Shown one piece after another: positions 1-9,699 of a stretch of 64,000 nucleotides of DNA. The DNA is taken from contig MU008211.1 of the NCBI GenBank assembly GCA_010909165.1, positions 254,232 through 318,231 on the forward strand. The letters are read 5' to 3'. A program made the position numbers and the translations under genes. Under the pieces are notes generated by a model. That model saw only the letters and a program-made list of their open reading frames with translations. It did no database searches and had not been told where the DNA came from. The DNA comes from Anthoceros angustus (Eukaryota > Plantae > Anthocerotophyta). Positions within the stretch are counted from its first letter, which is position 1; each line of letters starts with the position of its first letter.

Positions 1-359
1 CCGCATAAACCAGCACAAGAATTGGGTATCACTTTTAAAGGGCGGAGCCTAAAACTCGTCACGTTATTAATGCAAGCATGTGTGCAGTCGTGGGATCCAC
101 CACTCTGACTCCGGTAGCCGGTGGAGCAGGCATGCGCTCAGTGGAGTGTGGCATGTGCACGCATAGTCATTCACCCGTACCTCATGTGTGCATATTCATT
201 TATCCATACCTTTCAACTCGCATACGCCCGTGTATGCCAGGGTCCAAACTCACGGGGATGCCGTCGCCATAGTTTGCGGGATACATTCAAACCTTCTGTG
301 GCAAAGACTTCAAATTCTATTTTTAGACAAGGGTGTTTCCTTTCAGCTCCAATGGGTGG

Positions 360-712
360 TATAGATAGCTCATTTTGAAGCTCACGTCAAGAGCTTTCTT
401 TTCAATGAAGAAACAAAGTAAACGAGTAAATATAGAGATGGACAATTACAGTCAAAGAAAGAGTTGGTTGCTGTCTTCTTTCACACATAGCAAGACATCT
501 GCTGAACCATATCAAGATCGAGATAGCTCATTCTGGAGCTTACAATAAGAGCAATAATCCACTCTTACAGCCTAAGAATAGGAATAGACACTGCAATAGA
601 CATTCAAAGGATTCATCAGAGTTTGTTTTCTTCTTTCACACATACCTCGAGATATTTTCAACAAAAACACAATACAGATGGCTCGTTTTGAAGCTGGAAT
701 TGAGAGCGTTTT
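360..712. repeat. Three degenerate ~157-bp-spaced repeats (AGATAGCTCATTTTGAAGCT...AGAGC), probably subterminal repeats of the MULE
   Basis: Similar blocks start at about 363, 520 and 676. Confidence 0.5.
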
Positions 713-871
713 TCTGAATCAAGCTATGGAGTGTGTGGGCAAGTATGGAGACTGCAAAAAACATTCAAAGACATGATGACAGAAGGTAGTTGCTGACCAG
801 GATCACACTTGATTCTCATCTCGCATGAGGACTGTGGACATCTTCTCCTTCCTCACCTTCTGCGGATGCTT

Positions 872-1800
872 TCAGCTGGTTGCAAGCTCGACAATACTCC
901 TTTTTCGTTTCAAACTATCGCCGAGACCATTGTCCATTTTGTTGAGCTCAATGGAATTCAAAGTTTGTGCTCCACCTAATTGGGCTTCCAGTTGTCGTAG
1001 TTGACACGACATAATGTTGGCTTCAGCATATGTATGTTGAAGCAAAGAAGGATCTGCAGATCGTACGAGATCCTGCGTTGTCTGAATAGTATGCTCCCAA
1101 TCTATGTAAGAGCATTTCCGTGGCATAGCTTAAGGGTTTTTGGAAGCTTGCACCCCTCCAATAGATGTTGTGTCCTCTCCTACAAGACAAGGTTCAGTAT
1201 TTGTTGAAGTACTATTATATATAAGCGTACGAAGGAGGTCTCGAGTTGAATGCAATTGCCCTTTCATGCGTAATACCTTTGCCTGGTGTTTGCAGAAAAA
1301 GCCTTGCATTCCTCTTGGACAATTGCAGCATGCTCAGTCCCCTGCAAGATTATAAACAGTGTAAATCAGCCTTTGATCTGTGAAGCTTTTCACAAGAGCT
1401 GGTTCTTGATCGTTGGTAGGAAGTGTGACATGGTCGTCAGGTATGGAAAGAGACCCCCTAATTGCATTTTCGATAATCACCTCTTACTTTGCATTGTGCT
1501 TGAAGCCATGTTGTTTTGTGAAGTGCTTGTGCCAATACACTTTGCACACTGTATCCGTAAGTGTATGGAGCAACCAATCAATATGCCAACCTCGCAGACG
1601 CATAAAATCATGGCTCAACATGGACTTTAAGAAGCCATGCCAAGCTTCAATTACCAAATTGCAGTCCTGGCCAGCATATGGCATGGTCCTGGAATACTTT
1701 AGCCACATAGGTAGCACTCCTCCACGATTCCTAAAATCTTGAATGAACTACGGGCTTCTCATAATCCACGTACATTTGTTACATCATCTTCCTGGCCTCA
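872..1800 (-). pseudogene. Mutator/MULE-like transposase C-terminal remnant with SWIM zinc finger
   Basis: ORF 1484-1717 has QDCNLVIEAWHGFLK (MULE TNNxxExxH-type motif). The minus strand at ~1283-1333 reads ACCNCPRGMQGFFCKHQ (SWIM CxC..CxH). Confidence 0.7.
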
Positions 1801-1915
1801 GCTTCTGTGTGCCAACGACGAGAAACATACATGATGTCACCAAGGTGACACCTAGAATGGGGTTTATGTTTGAGGTAGCCTTAAATATATATTCTTGAAT
1901 ACTTACATTTAAATC

Positions 1916-2512
1916 TTGACATGGAGAAGGAGACAAGACCACTGTCCTCATAGGCACAAGTGCTCTGCTGAAGCCAGGCCAGTCAGCCGTGGGCTTGTCA
2001 GAGAGCAGCTGTCTCCACGAAGATCTCCTCCTTCACTCAATCGCGCACATCTTGTTTACCAGCGCACTGATAGAAGAGACCTTCCAAAATCACGCAACCT
2101 ACCTGCACAGCAAATCAAAGAGAGAGCAGCCCAGATTCGTGAGGATGCTGGCTGCAACAATGATGACATGCAGTGGCATCTGATACAAGTTGTAACAGAT
2201 TGCCTAACTCGACACGAAGCACTGCAAACACGTGTCTTCAACCAGCAATCATCTCTGATTACAAACCTGGATGCACGTTTGGATTCAACTCAACGTCTCT
2301 TACAGGAAATTTCAGCAGCCGTCACAAGGTTACAGGCATATGGGGTACAACCTAGTACACAATTTGCCACAATCCAGCCAACTGCTGCATCTCTGCTTGC
2401 GTCATTGTTGCTCATGCGTGAGAATTCTGCATTGGGTGAAGCAGGCGATCGAATCATCACCGGGTCTCAATTTGGTGGTGGAGGGCATCATGCTTCTTTC
2501 GGAAAAGCGTGA
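1916..2512 (+). CDS. Extra ORF (ORF0) upstream of gag in copia A; Arg-rich N-terminus and coiled coil
   Basis: 198-aa open frame with TTG start, (M)TWRRRQ..., heptad-like LITNLDARLDSTQRLLQEISAAVTRLQ, then PTAASLL. Confidence 0.55.
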   Translation: MTWRRRQDHCPHRHKCSAEARPVSRGLVREQLSPRRSPPSLNRAHLVYQRTDRRDLPKSRNLPAQQIKERAAQIREDAGCNNDDMQWHLIQVVTDCLTRHEALQTRVFNQQSSLITNLDARLDSTQRLLQEISAAVTRLQAYGVQPSTQFATIQPTAASLLASLLLMRENSALGEAGDRIITGSQFGGGGHHASFGKA

Positions 2513-2722
2513 CTTTCCCTGCAGCGTTCCATGTCTGCTGAACAGGGTTAGTTAGTTAGTTTTAGTGGTTAATTAGGGTTAGGCAGAATTGAGAGCGGTG
2601 TCAAGGGTTGTGACTTGCTGGGATGGAGCACGTCCTTACCCGTGGTGCCGTTTCGCTGCTGGTAGCATTTCCCGTCCCAGTGTGTCTCTTCGTCACTGTC
2701 CAGGAGGCTCACGTCTCTTCTC

Positions 2723-3532
2723 ATGTCTGCCCTTGATCAGCTTATAGATCAGCTTCTAGCCCAGTTTGCTGGTCTAAACATTAACCAAGGTCCTGTCAAT
2801 CAAGGAGCAGGAGGGAGTAATCCAGGTCCAATGGCAAGCAGTGGATCAACTGTGGTTGGATCAACTTACTCGGGCAATTTCCTGGAAAAGGACACATTCG
2901 ATGGGAAGTCGAGTCGGTGTGAGAGCTGGCGAGCTCGAATGAAGGCATTCTTGGATGCACGAGATGTGTGGCAGTACATTGACAGAACTTTGCAGAAACC
3001 TGCCCCCACTGCACCACCAAAAGACATTGACGACTGGAAAAAGGGGAACAAGGTGGCCTTTGCCATCTTGCTCTCAAGCCTAGATGAGGCCACTGTCACT
3101 GAGGTTGAATTTTTGCCCACAGCTGCAGAAGTTTGGACACAGCTCAAAGACACATATCAGGTCCGCAACATTCTTACATTGATGGCAGCAAGAAACGAAT
3201 TCTATGGACTTTGCATGAAGGAAGGTGATAGCATTGGGTCTCACATCAGCAAGTTTCGATACTTGAAGGCACAGATTGTGCAGCTTGGGTATAAGATCTC
3301 GGAGGTGGACAATGTGGCAAAGCTGCTGACAAGTCTTCCTCCTTCCTATCAACATTTCATCTCGCGTCAGAATGCAGCATTGCGCACCTCTGTGACATCT
3401 TTGAATGCTGGTGGAGCATCCACCCTCACTTTAAATGAACTTGTGGGAGCACTCTTCCAGGAAGAGCAGTCTCGTCAGAGGTCCACAGGATCATCACGTG
3501 CCAAAAGTGAGAAAGTACTCTTTGCCTCTTAG
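2723..3532 (+). CDS. gag: Copia gag (Retrotran_gag_2/UBN2-type), premature stop before the zinc knuckle
   Basis: FDGKSSRCESWRARMKAFL, TAAEVWTQLK, MKEGDSIGSHISKF, LLTSLPPSY motifs. Confidence 0.9.
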   Translation: MSALDQLIDQLLAQFAGLNINQGPVNQGAGGSNPGPMASSGSTVVGSTYSGNFLEKDTFDGKSSRCESWRARMKAFLDARDVWQYIDRTLQKPAPTAPPKDIDDWKKGNKVAFAILLSSLDEATVTEVEFLPTAAEVWTQLKDTYQVRNILTLMAARNEFYGLCMKEGDSIGSHISKFRYLKAQIVQLGYKISEVDNVAKLLTSLPPSYQHFISRQNAALRTSVTSLNAGGASTLTLNELVGALFQEEQSRQRSTGSSRAKSEKVLFAS

Positions 3533-4191
3533 AACAACCCTTTTAGAAGGGGGAAGGATAAGGGGAAGGGAAAGAATAATAATTCAAGTTCCAACTCACC
3601 ATCTTCGAAGTCCAAAAGGCAAGGAAATTGTAACTGGTGCCAGCTACTAGGGCACTGGGAACGTGAGTGTAGAAAGAAACAAGCTGGTGAACCAAAGAAG
3701 GATGGCAAACCTGAGGCTCATGTTGCATCTAACAAGGAATCAAAGGGAGCTTCTGGTTCGGCTACACACAAGAGTAGCTCAACAGTACTAACTGTCTGCC
3801 TTACCTCATTTCGGGAATCCACCTCTTCATGGTTTATTGATTCTAGTGCTACTTCGCAAATCTGCAATAATCGCCAGTTGTTCACCACGTTCAGTACACA
3901 AACATCACCACAATCTGTGTATGTGGGAGATGCTAGAGGTGTAGCAGTTAAAGGCATTGGCACTGTCAACATACCTTTGCTTCATGGGGATGATTTGCAG
4001 CTCACTGCTCTGCTGTATGTCTCGGCAATGTCGAAAAACCTCTTGTCCGTCAAGGCAGCAACTCAGTCCAGATTGCTGGACTTCAAGTTTGAGACAGACG
4101 TATGCTGTTTGTATAGAGTTACACAGCCTACTGCCTGCATAGCACGAGGAGTGTTAGTGTTGCCAGGTTAGGTCATGTCAACAAAGCGAAC

Positions 4192-5040
4192 TTGACCTTG
4201 ATGTCCACAGGAGACTATTTTAGAGAAAAGCTACCTTCATGTTTCAAGAGCCTCCCTGTCTGTAAATCTTGCATTCACTCTAAGCAAAAGGAGTTGCCTT
4301 TCAAGAACAAGCAGGAAAACAGGGCAAAGGATGTTCTGGAACTGATCCATACAGATATTGCTGGGAAACTGCAAGTACCTTCTCTTGGAGGAGCAGAGTA
4401 CTATTTGACCTTGACTGATGACTTCAGCAGGTACACATGGACGTTTCCATTATAGCACAAGAGTGATGCTTTTGAAAGAATATGGACCTGGATCCCGATG
4501 GTGCAGAGGCGGACAGGTAAGCCGGTGAAGTGCCTTCGCTTTGACAATGGTGGTGAATTCGTTGGACACAAATATGAACACCTCTTCCAGAAGTATGGCA
4601 TCCTTCGACAGTTCTCTCTGCCCTACACACAACAACAGTACAAAGTGGTTGAGCGCAAAAATCAAACGCTTATGGGGATGACCAAGAGCATGTTATTGTG
4701 GGCAGGCTTAAATAAGAAGTACTGGGCTGAAGCAATTGTAATAGCTACATACATTTTGAATCGAGTGCTTACACATTCATTGCTTGGTCGGACACCTTAC
4801 GAGGCATTTTGGGGACGGAAACCAACATTGAAACATCTTCGTGTCTTTGGGTCTCCTGCATATGGATTTGTTCCTAACAAGAAACGCAGGAAGTTAGATG
4901 ATCGAGCAAAAGGATATATATTCCTTGGTTACTCAGAGGAGTCCAAGGCATACAAGTTGTTTGATCCAGCAAAAGTCAAACTAGTTTTAGCACGCAGTGT
5001 TACTTTTCAAGAGCTGACAACTCCAAGCTTGGGTACCTGA
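4192..5040 (+). pseudogene. Copia A integrase (rve), with internal stop
   Basis: CKSC, LIHTDIAG, DDFSRYTW, FDNGGEF, YWAEA, TPYEAFWG, GYSEESKAY. Confidence 0.9.
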
Positions 5041-5593
5041 AGGATGTACTCCTGACCTTGGACCGTACCATGAAGTGGAAGTTGATGGTTCAGAGGAAGT
5101 GGATGAATACACATATGAAATTTCATTTGGTGCTCAACAAGCTGCTGTTCCTGCGAATGTCAACAACCAAGGACAACAAGATGGTCAAATTCCAGGTGAT
5201 GATGCAGCATATCCTCTATCAGATGGAGAACAGCTAGACGAAACTGACATTTCGGACCTGGACAGAGACTCTTGATGTACTCACAAGACTCTTGATGTAC
5301 TCGTCAAGACTTAAGCCTGAGGTATCTACTCGGTATCTATGGTCACGTCTTGTGAGTGATCCCTGATTTTGATGATTTCGCCAGTGTGCATTCAGGTGGC
5401 TCAGAGGCCTCCGATGGTGATGGCTCGTTTGAGTGGGCTCGACATGAATCAAAAGCACTGAGCCTCTCACCTCCGACAAGATATCCTACTCGAGAGAGAC
5501 AAACAAGGGAAAACTGGTTAGAAAAACCCTATGAGTCTATCGACTTCAGAAAACATGCAACAAATGTTTCGAATACAAGTACAATGCACGAGT

Positions 5594-5747
5594 TGTGGGA
5601 GGAAAACCCCAGGCTTAAGATTCACCCTCTAGTGGCCACACTTATCCCATCGCTAAGTACAATAGGTTTCGTCCATGAGACTCTTGTTTGTCGGGTCACG
5701 ATCTAAGGCACAAACCACACCTCTTCACACCCCCAAGCTCCCTCACA
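5594..5747. mobile_element. 154-bp TG..CA solo-LTR-like element joining truncated copia A and copia B
   Basis: Begins TGTGGGAG and ends CTCCCTCACA. Shares GGCCACACTTATCCC..GGTTTCGT(T)CCA with the termini at 9700 and 46569. Flanks differ (CGAGT vs TAGCT). Confidence 0.55.
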
Positions 5748-7111
5748 TAGCTGGAGCAACCTGCTGCGGGGAGACGAGAGAACTGCAGAAGATGCAAAAC
5801 AAACCGTCATCGAGGTTTGTTTGCGATGGAAGCGCCGCTGTGAGAATGGGCCTCGGCTTGGGCTTCGACCTTTCCGGCTTCACCTTCTCTTTCGTCTCTC
5901 TCCCAATGGCCCTGGATGCCATTACCAATCCGGCCCGTTTGGAGGAAGCAGAACCGAATTGTCCCGCTCCAGAGGTCAGTTTTCCTTTAGTATTCTGTCC
6001 TTTCTGCCCTTTCGTATAAAGGACTTTATCTGTTTTAGTCTTACCACCATGATGTGTGCAGACTTTGCTCCTCTTGGAGAGCTCCAATCCAAATCCTGAT
6101 CAGGTGCCTTCACCACGACCTTGTCTGTTTGCGGATAGAGGCACCAAAACCAGAAACAAAAGTCTGGTAGCTAGGGGGAAGACAAGTGAGGAGTTGAGCG
6201 ACGGCATCCAACTCCGGAAACTGAGAACCAAGATTCAAAAGTTGAGCCCTCAGTTATCGAAACTTTATGACGAAAGGTCCCACCTTCTCGCCTTCTTTAA
6301 GCCTCATTGAGAACAACTCTCCACGGATTGCACACTGGGTAAGGATGTTCTTAGCTTCGTATGTCTGCAGTAACTGAGTCCAAATCTCATTGGAGTCTTG
6401 CAGGTAAGCCACATCGGGCAGGAGTATGTCATCCAAGCCACTAATCAAGACTGCATGGGCAACGTGATTCAGGTTCTCCCACTTTTCGATTTCATCCGCT
6501 GGAGCAGTTGAGGCTGGTTTAGGAAGCGTGCCACTAACAATGCCCCACACGTGCCGGCTTGCAGGGCAGCTGTCATACGCACACGCCATCCATGGAACTT
6601 GGAGCCATTGAACCGGTCACGCTCTTTAAATTCCATGGAGTAGGATGGCTGAGGTATCACTGGCACTGGTGGGAGAGGGGGATTACCTCCTCCCCCTCCA
6701 CCTCCACCACCTCCGCCATCACCGCCTCCTCCACCTCCTCCGCTACCACCTCCTGAAGCCATTCTGACTTACTTTGATGAGATTATCAGGTGCTCACGGG
6801 TGATCAGGCCGATTGCACAAGGTACTCTTCTCGAAGTAGGTCGAAATGCCGAAAGGAAGCAGATAGAAGGGGCGCAGGAGAAAGTGCGGCAAAGGTCGAT
6901 GAAGAGGTGTACGCGAAAGGTCAGATGTCACCAGACACCACGCTCTGCATCGGTTGACAGTTGGGGATTGTGAATTGCTGACGTGGGGTGGCACAGCATG
7001 TCGCTTTGCAGGGTCGCGTCCCGTGAACGCCTGCCGCAAGCAGACACCTCCAACTTGAGGCGCCTCCCGCCAGGAAGCACGGGGGACACCGAAGCTGCGG
7101 ACGCGCCACCC

Positions 7112-7639
7112 TTACCGCGATAAAGGCAATGCTTGAGATCTGAGCTTCTCACGAGCAGGGGCTAGCGCATGGAGCAGATCCGCTGCAGAGGGATATGGGC
7201 TCAGATCGTGTGCCAATTTCCTTTGTAATTCAGTCACCAGATCTGTGAGTTTCCGGACGTCCTCAATCAGCGATGTCTGCTTGCGCAGGAGAAGATCAAC
7301 AGCAGCTAATGTCTCTTGATGGCGAGCAGTGTGAACTTCGCCCTGTCGAGAAAGCACGGTAAGCAGAGCCGATTGGTATGCTCCGACAATCTCTGGCAGG
7401 TCAGTGGCACGAGATCTGAAAGTTTCCTGCAATTCGTCCTCTTGACTGTCTCTCAATTCCGGGTGTCTTTCAATGTATACCCGGTTTGGAATTCGAGAAA
7501 ACGGCAACGTGTACGGGATGTCTTCTTGACCTGCTTGATAATCGCTCACAATCCTGGAAGACTCCTGACGTCTAGTTACGTTGCGATTGCAGGGCACCTG
7601 ATGCGTTTGCTCGACGCGAGAACGCCCCCGTCGAGTCAT
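7112..7639 (-). CDS. Extra ORF (ORF0) upstream of gag in copia B
   Basis: 175-aa ATG-started ORF: MTRRGRSR..., coiled coil LLLRKQTSLIEDVRKLTDLVTELQRKL, then PSAADLL. Confidence 0.65.
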   Translation of the reverse strand: MTRRGRSRVEQTHQVPCNRNVTRRQESSRIVSDYQAGQEDIPYTLPFSRIPNRVYIERHPELRDSQEDELQETFRSRATDLPEIVGAYQSALLTVLSRQGEVHTARHQETLAAVDLLLRKQTSLIEDVRKLTDLVTELQRKLAHDLSPYPSAADLLHALAPAREKLRSQALPLSR

Positions 7640-7925
7640 TTCAACTTCAGAGTAGCATGTTCTGCTATTTCACAGCAGCCAGATCCACATAGCGGAAGTC
7701 TTTCATTTACGTTGTGTCATTAACTGTTTTAGCAAAAAAAAAAAGTGGCCCATCACCAATGTTGTTGTGCAGGTAGTGTAAAGGAATTTTTAGACACATG
7801 ATCCAGGAGCTACAAATTTGTGGCTAATGAATTTTGTGTCCTACAATCCCTTTAGACTACATGCACCTACAGCATCAGATGGGAATTCTAGCAGACAGAA
7901 ATTAGACACACATATCAAATCTCAT

Positions 7926-7938
7926 GGCTCTGATACCA
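7926..7938 (-). promoter_or_regulatory. Primer binding site (tRNA-iMet) of copia B
   Basis: Reverse complement is TGGTATCAGAGCC, directly after the LTR-terminal CA. Confidence 0.9.
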
Positions 7939-8131
7939 TGTTAATGTAGCAGATGTACATATGCACTCAAGTGCTTAGAAAAGAGCATAATGAATTATGG
8001 ACATACAAAGTGTCTTATATACAAAATCTGTTCAAGGGTCATGACTATTCATATAAACTAAATATTAGCAAATAACAGCTAACAGCTGGTCCGTTTATAT
8101 GTAGGAACCCTAATGGGGTTCTACTCTAACA

Positions 8132-8386
8132 CCCTCCACCATCTGTGCGAACAGCTTTCAGTTTAACATTAAGTTGTCGTTCAGCTATGTTGATGTACTC
8201 AAGAAATCTATCCGCAGCTTCTGATTTATGCCGAAGAAAGTAAGTGTGGGTCAATCTGATGGCATCGTCCACAATGGGCATAAAATACAAGGACTGATTG
8301 AAAGAGGCAACTGACATAGGACCACATAGGTCTGTGTGGACCAGTTCTAATGGATAGGTTGCTCGTGCTGCAGGACCAACAGGATA
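8132..8386 (-). pseudogene. Copia integrase fragment (continuation of copia C), interrupted by copia B
   Basis: YPVGPAARATYPLELVHTDLCGPM...VDD...VRTDGGG. Joins in frame to ...CESCVYAKSRIAPY at 22134. Confidence 0.85.
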
Positions 8387-8444
8387 TCCTGTTGGAACAG
8401 GATATCCTGTTGGAACCTCAACAGGATATCCTGTTGGAACCTCA
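8376..8444. repeat. Palindromic, iterated junction filler
   Basis: Perfect 20-bp palindrome CCAACAGGATATCCTGTTGG at 8376-8395, followed by two further copies of AACAGGATATCCTGTTGGAAC(CTC). Confidence 0.85.
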
Positions 8445-9699
8445 TCTACGCCATGGCTCCTAGGGAGCACTCATCGTTTAAGGAAGCTCGCAATTTGAAG
8501 CGGCAGGCCAAGGCTGTGCAAGATCGGGCTGCCCGCATCGATGCTGAACGGAGAGATACTCCTACCTTCAGGGCAAAGGTATGGAATTGGCACGATGGTG
8601 ATGGGAAGCTCCGCGAGAAAGGCTTGGACGTTCAAAACGACAAGTTTTTGATGGGTTTGAAGGAGAGATTGGGAGGGTCGGACGTGTTGTCTGATGCCTT
8701 TGGCAAGGTACGAAACGAGAACATAGGCTTTGTATGGCAAGGCATAACACACCTCACCAGAGTGGAGGCACGTAGATGATCTATTATACCACATCTATGG
8801 AAACGCCCAGGTGCAACTCACAGGTGCCAGTCCATGGCCTTGGGACTTTTGGTAGAGAAGAAACTGCAAATGTGTGAGCGTAGCCTTCCTTTTGAAGACC
8901 GAGGCAAGAAGGAGGCGAAGGAGGCAAAGGAGGCGGGGAAGAACACTGGATGGATGAGAAAGAGGTGGAAGTTGAAGAAATGGCGCTTGAGGAGGACAAG
9001 GAGCAGTTGCCGGCTCTCTCCATAGGGCGCAGCCTCGCCCCTGTGACGAGGTCACAGAGGCGACTGTCGCTCCTCCATTGCTCACCTCCTAAGGCTTCTA
9101 AAGCCTCTTCTATTCCAGTGATCACGAGGTGGGCAGGAGTCGGCAGGAGTGGAGGCCGCATTTGGTGGCCGGGGCGGAAGCTTACGATTCAATGAGCAGC
9201 CGCATGAAGACTTTAGAGACATGTCGGCAAGGTTCGTCTTCTCGAGGCTGCGTGAGTGTTGCCACTTTACAACATGGGGTATCGGGACTCGACATGGGTG
9301 GAAGTTCTTGATGTTGGGGCACCCTGTGTGGTGCTAACCTAGTTGTGGATCAGGATCTTGGATATATTGGCTGAAGGATGGGGTGCTAGTGATTTCCTGG
9401 CATGTATGGGTGCTGGTGGTATGGGTTGCTTGTAATGTTGCTTGTAATGTAGGTGCTGGTGCACGCTTCTTTTGGCGCCTTTGCTCTCTCAGCTAGAGGC
9501 TTGTGTTCGCGAGCAGTGTGATTTAAATGCGCTTAGGTGGGGCATTATTTCTTGATTTTGTTCCTCTTATACGCCCATCTTGGACAATGCTTTCCTATTT
9601 TGAAATTTGATGCCCACCTTCTTATTCTAGTGTTCTAATCCGTCATGTGAGGGCTTGGTGATCGCAGCTTTTGCTTGCTGCTCTCCTGGCCCGGCATGG

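Larger units (their letters stand above)
1850..5593 (+). mobile_element. Ty1/copia element A (ORF0-gag-PR-INT), truncated before RT; 5' LTR and PBS not seen
   Basis: gag 2723-3532; zinc knuckle CNWCQLLGHWEREC at ~3629-3670; protease WFIDSSAT at ~3829; integrase LELIHTD..DDFSR..FDNGGEF..VERKN at 4335-5040. Confidence 0.92.
5748..8131 (-). mobile_element. Ty1/copia element B, 5' portion (LTR-PBS-ORF0-gag), truncated at protease
   Basis: LTR 7939-8131 (TGTTAG..TAACA on minus); tRNA-iMet PBS at 7926-7938; gag 6762 to ~5900 (EFKERDRFNGSKFHGWRVRM, LKEGEKVGPFVIKF) with a Gly/Pro-rich N-terminus and frameshifts. Confidence 0.9.

Noticed and set aside
5640-5700. GACGAAAC on the minus strand, suggesting a hammerhead ribozyme (retrozyme LTR)
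   Set aside because: No CUGANGA core is found upstream in this copy or in the related copy at 9700.
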